This document shows positions 39,269-47,308 of a stretch of DNA of 64,000 nucleotides, one piece after another. The notes beneath the pieces are model-generated. The model made no database searches. It was not told the origin of the DNA and saw only the letters and a program-made list of their open reading frames with translations. Position 1 is the first letter of the stretch, and every line of letters begins with the position of its first letter. The position numbers and the translations under genes are program-made. The stretch is from an uncultured Gemmatimonadaceae bacterium (GTDB lineage: Bacteria > Gemmatimonadota > Gemmatimonadetes > Gemmatimonadales > Gemmatimonadaceae): the NCBI GenBank assembly GCA_963790305.1, contig CAWBOC010000010.1, positions 409,939-473,938 of the forward strand. The letters run 5' to 3'.

Positions 39269-39365
39269 AGAGGCGCTAGAGGCGCTAGAGGCGCTGGAGG
39301 CGTTAGGGGCCGCTGAACTGCGGTCCTCTAGCGCCTTTAGCGCTTTTCGCGCTTCTAGCGCCTTT
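39269..39365. repeat. Palindromic element of 9-nt AGAGGCGCT-type repeats
   Basis: AGAGGCGCTAGAGGCGCTAGAGGCGCT...CTAGCGCCTTTAGCGC. Confidence 0.85.
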
Positions 39366-39367
39366 GA

Positions 39368-41734
39368 TTAAGGCGCCCGATCCACAAGATCTGCCTGAGC
39401 TGCCACGCGCGTGGGTAGGTAGCGCTCGAAGAGCTCGAAGATCCGCCGGTACTCGTCGGTCCACGAATCGGGGCGCACGAAAGCGTGGTCTTCCACCGGG
39501 TAGACCGCCATCTCCCATTCCGTCTTCTGGAGCTCGATCAGTCGCTGCGCCAGGCGTACGACGTCCTGAAAGTGGACGTTGACGTCCACCATCCCGTGTG
39601 CGATGAGCAATGGATCGCGCAGCCCCTCCGCGAAATAGATCGGCGACGAGCGCCGGTACGATACCGTGTCGGAGTAGGGCAAATTGAGGATGCGCGACGT
39701 GTACGGGTGGTTGTAATGCTGCCAGTCCGTCACCGCGCGCAGGGCTGCGCCGGCGCCGAACCACTCCGGCTCGGTGAAGAGCGCCATCAACGTGATGAAG
39801 CCGCCGTAGCTTCCCCCGTAGATGCCGACGCGCTCCGGGTCGACGTCGAACTCCTTCTGCAGGTAGCGCACGCCGTCGACGTGGTCCTGGAGATCGCGGC
39901 CGCCCATGTACCGATAGATCCCCGTGCGCCAATCGCGGCCGTAGCCCGCCGAGCCGCGGTAGTCAATGTCGAGGACGACGTAGCCGCGGGACGCCAGGAA
40001 GTGGTTGAACATGTACTCGCGATAGTACGTCGACCACCAGTTGTGCACGTTGTGCAGGTAGCCTGCGCCGTGGACGAAGATCGCGGCCGCGCCGTTAGGC
40101 GTCCCGCCGACGTCCGCGGGACGGTAGATGCGGGCGGGAACCGGCACGCCGTCCGATGCCGGAATCATCACGATCTCGGGCTTGATCCACCGGTGCGACA
40201 GCCACTCGGGCGCCGGCGAGGTCGTCAGCGGCGAGATCGTGGCGTTCGACGCGTGCGTCCCGATATAGAGCTCGGGCGGACGGTTCGCGCTCGAATGCAC
40301 GTCGGCGATGAAACGCCCGTCGGGCGAAACGGTGACGTCATGCTGGCCCACCTCACGAGTGATCCGCTCGCGAGCGCCCCCCGCGATGGGCATACGGTAG
40401 AAATGCTGCTCGAACGGCGACACCTCGCTCGTGTGCAGCCAGAACCACCGCCTGTCCGGGGACACCTCCGCGTCCACGACTTCCCACTTGCCGCTGGTGA
40501 GCTGACGTCGGCCCTGCCCGTCGGCGCCGAGAGTGTAGACGTGCGCGTAGCCGTCGGCTTCGGAGACGAACCAGACGCGCTGATCATCGACCCACCCGCC
40601 GCAATTGCCGCAGGGGCCGCCGATCCACGCGCTGTCACGCAGGACATCGACGGTCTTGAGCGTGCCGTCGGTAACGCTCACCGTGTGGAGATAGCGGGTC
40701 TTCCAGTCGTTCGTGACGGCTGACACGAGCGCCGCGGTGCCAGCGTCGTTCCAGCCGCGAACGCTGACCTGTGCCGCGACGCGTGTGGTATCGTCTGACA
40801 CGATACGCAGCCATTTCACCTCGCCCGACGGCAGCGAGACGAACGCGACGCGCCCCGAGTCCTGCGTGTCGCCGACTTTCGTACGAACGCGAAGCTCATC
40901 GGTGTAGCCGGTGCGCGTCACGAACTGCGGAATGAGGGTCTGACGCGCGCTGTCGGCGCCACGAATCGCCGTCACCAGAAGCAGCGCGCGCCCATTGGGA
41001 GAGATGCTGATCGTCGTGACCCGCTCCCCCCGCTTCAGCCAGAACGGTTTCGTACGCAGCGAGTCCCGCCGCTCACGCTCGGCCTTCTCAATGCTGTCGC
41101 GCCGAAGCTGATCGCGGATGACATCGAAGAGCGCGCTCTGCTCGCGCTGTAGCGCGCCGCGCATTCCTCGCGGCGTCGAGTCGCGCGGGGGCGTGCCGGT
41201 GCGAATGTCGGTGAGCTGACGGACGATGCCGTCGGTGAGGTCGATGGCGAACGCGTTGTCGTTGCGCAGAAAGAACACGCGCTGGCCGGTCGCGTCGAAG
41301 CGCGGCGACGATTCACGATCGCGCGTGTCGGTGAGGCGACGCGCCGTGGAACGACGCATGTCGACGACGTAGAGGTCGCCGTCGTGCTCCACCGCGCGCA
41401 GCAGCCGGCTGCGCGACAAGTCTCCGTTCGCCACGAGGGGCGCCACGGAATCCATCTGCGCGGTGGTGAGCCGCTCGGGCTTTGCGCCCGCCGTCGGTCG
41501 CACGCGAAACGGCTTGAGATCCTCGCGCCACGACGTCCCCGGCTCGAGCCAGCGGAAGTAGATCCATCGGCCGTCCGGAGTCCACCGAACATCCTGCGGC
41601 GGCCGCCCGACGAGCTCCGGACCGCGCATGATGTTCTTGATCGAGAAGTCGAACGCGCTCGAGGTGGGGGCGGTCTGAGCCGCGATCGGCGTGAGCCCTG
41701 AGACGAGCAGGCCGAAAATGAGGGCGAGGCGCAT
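39368..41734 (-). CDS. S9 family (dipeptidyl peptidase IV-like) serine peptidase
   Basis: GIYGGSYGG nucleophile elbow, HGMVDVNVH, YPVEDHAF; signal peptide. Confidence 0.92.
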   Translation of the reverse strand: MRLALIFGLLVSGLTPIAAQTAPTSSAFDFSIKNIMRGPELVGRPPQDVRWTPDGRWIYFRWLEPGTSWREDLKPFRVRPTAGAKPERLTTAQMDSVAPLVANGDLSRSRLLRAVEHDGDLYVVDMRRSTARRLTDTRDRESSPRFDATGQRVFFLRNDNAFAIDLTDGIVRQLTDIRTGTPPRDSTPRGMRGALQREQSALFDVIRDQLRRDSIEKAERERRDSLRTKPFWLKRGERVTTISISPNGRALLLVTAIRGADSARQTLIPQFVTRTGYTDELRVRTKVGDTQDSGRVAFVSLPSGEVKWLRIVSDDTTRVAAQVSVRGWNDAGTAALVSAVTNDWKTRYLHTVSVTDGTLKTVDVLRDSAWIGGPCGNCGGWVDDQRVWFVSEADGYAHVYTLGADGQGRRQLTSGKWEVVDAEVSPDRRWFWLHTSEVSPFEQHFYRMPIAGGARERITREVGQHDVTVSPDGRFIADVHSSANRPPELYIGTHASNATISPLTTSPAPEWLSHRWIKPEIVMIPASDGVPVPARIYRPADVGGTPNGAAAIFVHGAGYLHNVHNWWSTYYREYMFNHFLASRGYVVLDIDYRGSAGYGRDWRTGIYRYMGGRDLQDHVDGVRYLQKEFDVDPERVGIYGGSYGGFITLMALFTEPEWFGAGAALRAVTDWQHYNHPYTSRILNLPYSDTVSYRRSSPIYFAEGLRDPLLIAHGMVDVNVHFQDVVRLAQRLIELQKTEWEMAVYPVEDHAFVRPDSWTDEYRRIFELFERYLPTRVAAQADLVDRAP

Positions 41735-42020
41735 GATCAATGTGGTAAGGAGAATCTCAAGATGCGGACAGGGGCGGGAGGGAGGCAATGAGGAGCCGCA
41801 TTCGATTCGGCTAGTGAATCAGTCAATAGAATTCCTCGCTCTTCAGTCCTCATAGTCCCCTCTTAATTGACTCCGACCCCTCCAAGGGCCATATTTCATC
41901 GGGCTTTTCGGCGGCGTCGACACACGAACCGCCGAAAACCGTACACCGCCTGCTCGCTGCCTGAGGTCGCGTGACGACCTGCCTCCGGACACAGAGCGCC
42001 CCCTCAACGGGAGGTCGCAG

Positions 42021-42296
42021 ATGACGGAGTGCTTCCAGGAAATCCAGCGCACCATCCAGTCGTACGACGTGCGCGAGATACAGTTGTGCGTTGCGCGGAT
42101 GGCCGAATCGGCGCGCCAACGCCAGATGCCGATCGAGGCGCTGATCGTCGACCTCAAGGAGGCGGTGAACGCGCTGCCCACGAGCTCCTTGCGCGAGCGC
42201 GCGCGGTCCGAGCTTCGCGACGAGGTCGTTCGTGTCGCCATCCGTGCCTATTACGATGGTGCGGAATCGGCCTCTGCCGATCTCGCCAGCCGGTAG
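42021..42296 (+). CDS. Small hypothetical helical protein
   Basis: GGAGG RBS; ..EALIVDLK..VVRVAIRAYY. Confidence 0.6.
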   Translation: MTECFQEIQRTIQSYDVREIQLCVARMAESARQRQMPIEALIVDLKEAVNALPTSSLRERARSELRDEVVRVAIRAYYDGAESASADLASR

Positions 42297-42317
42297 TTTT
42301 TCCACGAAGGAGGATTT

Positions 42318-42716
42318 ATGCAGCACGTCATTCGATACGAGGGCGGCTACGAGCGGAACTTCGGCACGCTGCGCTCGCACGGAAGCGAGTACGAAGGTGA
42401 CGATGGTGACCGCCACGCAGCCAAGCCGTGGCCGAAGGCCGCCGATGGCGTGTGCTTCAGCTTCATGGAGCAGCCGGGCAAGCGCTTCGTCGCCGTGCGC
42501 GTACAGTACGGGGACGAGAACGTCGTCCTCCGTCATCCAGTCCGCCTCGACCCGGAGCGTCACCTCGGCGGCAAGCGCTTCTCGGCGCAGCCCGTCACGA
42601 TCGATGACGGCCCCGCCGGCGCGCTCTTCGGCGACATCCTCGAGTCGAACCGCGAGCAGGAGAAGGAGCTGCGAGCGATTCGGGCGCGAGTGAGGCGGGC
42701 GATTGATGTGAAGTAG
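42318..42716 (+). CDS. Hypothetical protein
   Basis: AAGGAGG RBS, 132-aa ORF with typical codon usage. Confidence 0.65.
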   Translation: MQHVIRYEGGYERNFGTLRSHGSEYEGDDGDRHAAKPWPKAADGVCFSFMEQPGKRFVAVRVQYGDENVVLRHPVRLDPERHLGGKRFSAQPVTIDDGPAGALFGDILESNREQEKELRAIRARVRRAIDVK

Positions 42717-42732
42717 CGGGCCTGTCGAGGAT

Positions 42733-42845
42733 GGGCCGACTGCATTAACCACAGAGGCACCGAGGGCACAGAGGACGGCGAACTGCGCCGCGCAGTTCGC
42801 CGTCCTCTGTGCCCTCGGTGCCTCTGTGGTTATGCAGTTCGGCCC
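42733..42845. repeat. Long palindromic element (43-bp perfect arms) with CACAGAG-type 9-nt periodicity
   Basis: 42746-42788 is the exact reverse complement of 42790-42832; between convergent genes. Confidence 0.92.
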
Positions 42846-43775
42846 CTACCGTATCCGCCGAGCCTCAAACTCCACGAACCTCCCCGCCACCGAGTCCACC
42901 ACCACCCGCACCCATCCGATGTCGGGCGACCCGAACGTTTCCAGGCGCGTGAAGTTCGCGAGTGTGTCGCGCGTGCCTGCGCGCATGAGCGGGTGATCGA
43001 CGGTGTACTCGTGCGTATCGCCGTGAATGGCCAGCACTTGGCCGCGAAACTCCGCCGTGTGCTCCGCCACTCTCGTCACAAACGACTCGAAGGGCGGGTC
43101 GATCCGGTGAAAACGCGGATTTGCGTGAAGGGCGATCACGACGCCAGACAATGACTCCGCCTTGGCGATCGCGAAGGCAGAGTCGATCCAGGCGAGCGCG
43201 GCGGCGGTGCGCCTGACGACGGCACTGTCGTCGGCAGGGGTGCGACCTTCATAGCGGCGGGTGCCGTTGAATGAGCCCACCAGGTGCGTCGTCACGAAGA
43301 GAAACCCGCCGCGCCGCCACCGCACGTTCTCGACGAACTCCTTCCACGCGGGATTCGCGCTCTGCGATTCGACGGCCATCGCGGGACCGGCGATGCTCCG
43401 CGAAGGATCCTTGAACCAGGTCTCCCGGATGCGCTGCAGGCGCTCGAGCGGCCGGAACGATCGTCGGTGACAATCGGTCCACTCGTTGTCGCCCGGGGTG
43501 TAGATCACTGGGTGACGGATCGTGTTCAGCTGGCGAAGCATCCCGTCCAGCCTGTCGTTGGAGCAACTTCCGGAGAGGATGTCCCCGACGTGCAGGAACC
43601 ACTCGACATCGGCGCGGTTCACATCCTCGATGAGGCGCGCGAAAGCGGCTCGCTCCGGGGTGCGATAGGGGCCATCGCCGAAGACGGCAAACGCGAACGC
43701 ATTCGGCTGCAAAGGCGGCGGCTCGGCGGGCACACACGCGAGCGCGAGGACTGCGATGACGCCAGAACGCTTCAT
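42846..43775 (-). CDS. Calcineurin-like metallophosphoesterase lipoprotein
   Basis: FGDGPY, HVGDI, YTPGDNEWTDC, IHGDTH. Confidence 0.85.
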   Translation of the reverse strand: MKRSGVIAVLALACVPAEPPPLQPNAFAFAVFGDGPYRTPERAAFARLIEDVNRADVEWFLHVGDILSGSCSNDRLDGMLRQLNTIRHPVIYTPGDNEWTDCHRRSFRPLERLQRIRETWFKDPSRSIAGPAMAVESQSANPAWKEFVENVRWRRGGFLFVTTHLVGSFNGTRRYEGRTPADDSAVVRRTAAALAWIDSAFAIAKAESLSGVVIALHANPRFHRIDPPFESFVTRVAEHTAEFRGQVLAIHGDTHEYTVDHPLMRAGTRDTLANFTRLETFGSPDIGWVRVVVDSVAGRFVEFEARRIR

Positions 43776-43787
43776 TGATCAGTCTTC

Positions 43788-44363
43788 TCAGTAGATCTTC
43801 TTGCCTTCTTCGAGCATGGCAATGAAGGTCTCGATACGTCGCGCGCGCGTCTCCGGTTTCTTTGCATCCTGAATTCGGTACAGCACGGCGTAGCGGTTCT
43901 TGCTGTTGAGCGTCTCGAAGAACTTTCGCGCCTTGGCGTTCTTCTTCAGCGCCTTCTCGAAATCCTCGGGCACCGTCATCTCCCGCTGCCCCTCGTACGC
44001 CTTGTCCCATCGCCCGTTCGCCCTGGCCACCTCGATCGCGCGGAGCCCCGAGGGCCGCATCCGACCTTCGGTGATGAATCCCTCGGCTTTCTCGCGATTG
44101 ATCTTCGACCAGTTGCTGGTGGACGTGCGCGGAGTGAAACGCTGCAGGTAGCAGACTTCATCCAGTGACTTGGCCTGACCGTCGATCCAGCCGTAGCAGA
44201 GCGCCGAGTCCACCGCTTCCTGGTACGAGACGGATGGAATCCCCGAGCCCTTCTTGGAGAACTTGACCCAGACGCCTTGCGTCTCGTGGTTGCGCTCGAG
44301 CCACGCCTCCCACTCCTTTTGGGACTTGAAGGCGCGCGCGGGCAGCTCCTTCCCCGCTTTCAT
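43788..44363 (-). CDS. YdeI/OmpD-associated family protein
   Basis: EAVDSALCYGWIDG, FTPR..SNWSKIN, AKKPETRARRI. Confidence 0.9.
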   Translation of the reverse strand: MKAGKELPARAFKSQKEWEAWLERNHETQGVWVKFSKKGSGIPSVSYQEAVDSALCYGWIDGQAKSLDEVCYLQRFTPRTSTSNWSKINREKAEGFITEGRMRPSGLRAIEVARANGRWDKAYEGQREMTVPEDFEKALKKNAKARKFFETLNSKNRYAVLYRIQDAKKPETRARRIETFIAMLEEGKKIY

Positions 44364-44454
44364 CTGTCTTGATGCTCTCGCGCTGCCCGCGCGAAGAGCG
44401 CGGGCAGGGAAAACGGTCCCTGACTGGCAGCGGACAGTGGAATCACGATGTAGT

Positions 44455-44547
44455 TCAGACGAAGTACACGACAATGGCGAGGAAATACACGGCACCGATC
44501 ACGAACGCAATGAAGAAGTGGAGCACGCCCCCGTTGCGGGGAGTCAT
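44455..44547 (-). CDS. Putative 30-aa single-pass membrane peptide
   Basis: AAGGA RBS; MTPRNGGVLHFFIAFVIGAVYFLAIVVYFV. Confidence 0.5.
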   Translation of the reverse strand: MTPRNGGVLHFFIAFVIGAVYFLAIVVYFV

Positions 44548-44580
44548 GGATGTCCTTGATCGGCGGGGGATCGAGCCCAC

Positions 44581-46167
44581 GTGAGAATGACCGCTGCGTA
44601 TGACTACGTGATCGTCGGCGCCGGATCGGCGGGCTGCGTGCTTGCGGCGCGTCTCACCGAGGACCCCCAGGTCCGCGTTCTGGTCATCGAGGCGGGGGGC
44701 CGCGACTCGAAGCTGGCCGTTCGCATCCCGGCCGCCTTCTCCAGGCTTTTCAAGACGACGTGCGACTGGAACTACATGACTGTTCCCCAGCGGCAGCTCG
44801 ACGGCCGGTCGCTCTACTGGCCTCGTGGCAAGATGCTCGGTGGCACGTCGTCGATGAATGCGCAGATGCATGTTCGCGGCAACCGAGCCGATTACGACGC
44901 CTGGGCCGCGCTCGGCAACCGGGGATGGAGTTATGAGGACGTGCTGCCGTACTTCCGGCGATCGGAGCATAACGAGCGCGGTCCCTCCCGCTTTCGCGGA
45001 ACCGGGGGGCCGCTGACCGTCAGCAATCTGCGTGATCCGAATCCGGCAACCAGAGCGTTCATGGATGCCGCCGTCGAAGCGGGGCTCGAGCGCTCGGCCG
45101 ACGTCAACGGCGAGCGACAGGACGGCGTCGACTACACGCAGGTGACACAGAGGCGGGGCACGCGAGCCAGCGCGGCATCGTCCTACCTTCGACCGGTCAT
45201 GCGGCGGCCCAACCTCACCGTCGTCACGGGCGCGCATGCCACGCGCGTCAACTTCGAAGGCCGCCGCGCCGTCGGCGTCGAGTATCTCCGGCGCGGAGCG
45301 ATCACGACGCCCCGCGCCACCCGCGAGGTCATCGTCGCTGGCGGCGCCATCAACTCGCCGCAGCTCCTCATGCTGTCCGGCGTGGGCCCCGCCGGGCATC
45401 TACGCACGGTCGGTATCGAGGTCAGGCATGAGCTGCCTGGCGTCGGCCGGCACCTCCAGGACCATCTCGTCTGCGGTGTCGTCGTCAGGGCACGCACCGC
45501 CACGACGCTCACCTCGGCCGAGTCGATTCCCAACCTGCTTCGCTTTCTGGTGATGAGGCGAGGGATGCTGACGTCGAACGTCGCCGAGGCGTGCGGGTTC
45601 TTTCGGGTTCCCCTCGACGCACCGGCTCCCAATCTGGAGCTCCTCTTCGCGCCGGTGCCCTTCATCGACCACGGGCTGACCCGTCCAACTGAGCACGGAT
45701 TGAGCGTGGGCGTCGTCCTGCTCCAGCCCAGGAGTGCGGGCTCAGTCACGCTCCGCAGCGCGAACCCGCTCGAGGCGCCCCTGATCGACCCGGAGTACCT
45801 GTCCGACGCAGGCGGAGAGGACATGCGCCTGTTCATCGAGGGGATGAGGGTGGCCTTGCGTGTCGTCCGGTCCCCGGCGCTGGCTGCGCACGCGGGCGAC
45901 CCCATGATCCCCGACCGCGAGCCGCGAACAGACGCCGACCTCGAGGCGTTGATCCGAGGGCGTGCCGAGACACTCTACCACCCGGTTGGCACCTGTCGCA
46001 TGGGTGTCGACGACACGGCCGTCGTCGATCCAGAGCTGCGGGTGCGCGGGCTCGAGGCGCTGCGGGTGGTCGATGCGTCGGTGATGCCGAGCATCATTCG
46101 TGGGCACACCAACTCGCCGACGATCATGATCGCCGAGCGGGCGGCAGACTTGATACGGGGAGGGTGA
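44581..46167 (+). CDS. GMC oxidoreductase (choline-dehydrogenase-like)
   Basis: YDYVIVGAGSAGCVLA, PRGKMLGGTSSMN, YHPVGTCRMG, LRVVDASVMP. Confidence 0.92.
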   Translation: MRMTAAYDYVIVGAGSAGCVLAARLTEDPQVRVLVIEAGGRDSKLAVRIPAAFSRLFKTTCDWNYMTVPQRQLDGRSLYWPRGKMLGGTSSMNAQMHVRGNRADYDAWAALGNRGWSYEDVLPYFRRSEHNERGPSRFRGTGGPLTVSNLRDPNPATRAFMDAAVEAGLERSADVNGERQDGVDYTQVTQRRGTRASAASSYLRPVMRRPNLTVVTGAHATRVNFEGRRAVGVEYLRRGAITTPRATREVIVAGGAINSPQLLMLSGVGPAGHLRTVGIEVRHELPGVGRHLQDHLVCGVVVRARTATTLTSAESIPNLLRFLVMRRGMLTSNVAEACGFFRVPLDAPAPNLELLFAPVPFIDHGLTRPTEHGLSVGVVLLQPRSAGSVTLRSANPLEAPLIDPEYLSDAGGEDMRLFIEGMRVALRVVRSPALAAHAGDPMIPDREPRTDADLEALIRGRAETLYHPVGTCRMGVDDTAVVDPELRVRGLEALRVVDASVMPSIIRGHTNSPTIMIAERAADLIRGG

Positions 46168-46241
46168 CGGGGAATGATCCATGCGGGCGTGCAGTTGCAG
46201 TCCCAATGTCTTTAAGAGCGAATGCCAAGAGGAGCTTTAAA

Positions 46242-46772
46242 ATGAGTGATTCACAGATTCTCGCCTCCGGCACCACCGCACCTGATTTCACGCTGAAGTC
46301 GGCGCCCGACAAGGAGGTCCGCCTGAGCGACCTTCGCGGGAAGCCGGTCGTGCTCGCGTTCTATCCGGCGGACTGGAGCCCAGTGTGCGGCGACCAGATG
46401 GCGCTCTACAACGAGATGCGCGACGAGTTCGATGAATTCGACGCCCAGGTCCTCGGCATTTCGGTCGACGGCGTCTGGTGTCACGCCGCGTTCGCGAAGG
46501 ATCGGAAGCTTCGCTTCCCGCTGCTGAGCGACTTCGAGCCCAAGGGCGCGATCTCGCGGACCTACGGCGCCTATCGAGCAGACGCCGGCGTCAGCGAGCG
46601 GGCCTTGTTCGTTCTCGATGCCGAAGGCGTCATTCGCTGGAGCCACCTTTCGCCGCCGGCCGTGAATCCGGGCGCCGACGGCATCTTCAAGGCGCTCGAG
46701 TCGCTCCCACGCCGTGACGGTCAGTCGCGCGTCGAATCACCGCGCGAGACCACGCCGGAAGCTCGCGCATGA
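46242..46772 (+). CDS. Peroxiredoxin (AhpC/TSA, AhpE-like)
   Basis: APDFTL, FYPADWSPVC peroxidatic motif, SERALFVLD; GAGGAG RBS. Confidence 0.88.
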   Translation: MSDSQILASGTTAPDFTLKSAPDKEVRLSDLRGKPVVLAFYPADWSPVCGDQMALYNEMRDEFDEFDAQVLGISVDGVWCHAAFAKDRKLRFPLLSDFEPKGAISRTYGAYRADAGVSERALFVLDAEGVIRWSHLSPPAVNPGADGIFKALESLPRRDGQSRVESPRETTPEARA

Positions 46773-47308
46773 GCGCCCTGCATCCGCCCGTCAGCGAGCG
46801 TGACCACACCGCTGGGCCTGACGACGCGCCGGTGACGCTCGTCGAGTACGGTGACTACGAGTGCCCGTACTGCGGCATGGCCCATCCCATCGTGCAGGCT
46901 GCCCGGCGGACGCTCGGCGATAGTCTGCGGTTCGTCTTCCGCAACTTTCCACTGCGCGAGGCTCATCCGCACGCGCAGCACGCGGCAGAAGCGGCCGAGT
47001 CGGCGGGGGCCCAGGGGAAGTACTGGGAGATGCATGACATGATCTTCACGCATCAGCACGCACTCGAGGACGAGGACCTCATCGGCTACGCGAAAGTGAT
47101 CGGCATCGATCCCGACCGTCTCGCGGAGGATCTGGCGAACAAGACCTATGAGAAGCGAGTGCGCGATGACTTTCGCAGCGGCGTGCGCAGCGGCGTGAAC
47201 GGGACGCCCACGTTTTTCATTAATGGCGAACGCTACAACGGACCGTGGGCGGACCCAATCCGATTCGTTCGCGCGCTCCAGGAAGCCGCGCTGGTCCGGT
47301 CAGAATAG
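46769..47308 (+). CDS. DsbA-family thioredoxin-fold protein
   Basis: VEYGDYECPYC, GVNGTPTFFING. Confidence 0.9.
   Translation: MSALHPPVSERDHTAGPDDAPVTLVEYGDYECPYCGMAHPIVQAARRTLGDSLRFVFRNFPLREAHPHAQHAAEAAESAGAQGKYWEMHDMIFTHQHALEDEDLIGYAKVIGIDPDRLAEDLANKTYEKRVRDDFRSGVRSGVNGTPTFFINGERYNGPWADPIRFVRALQEAALVRSE

Noticed and set aside
22786..39365. CRISPR array
   Set aside because: Units are 9-nt tandem repeats in inverted arms with no unique spacers and no cas genes
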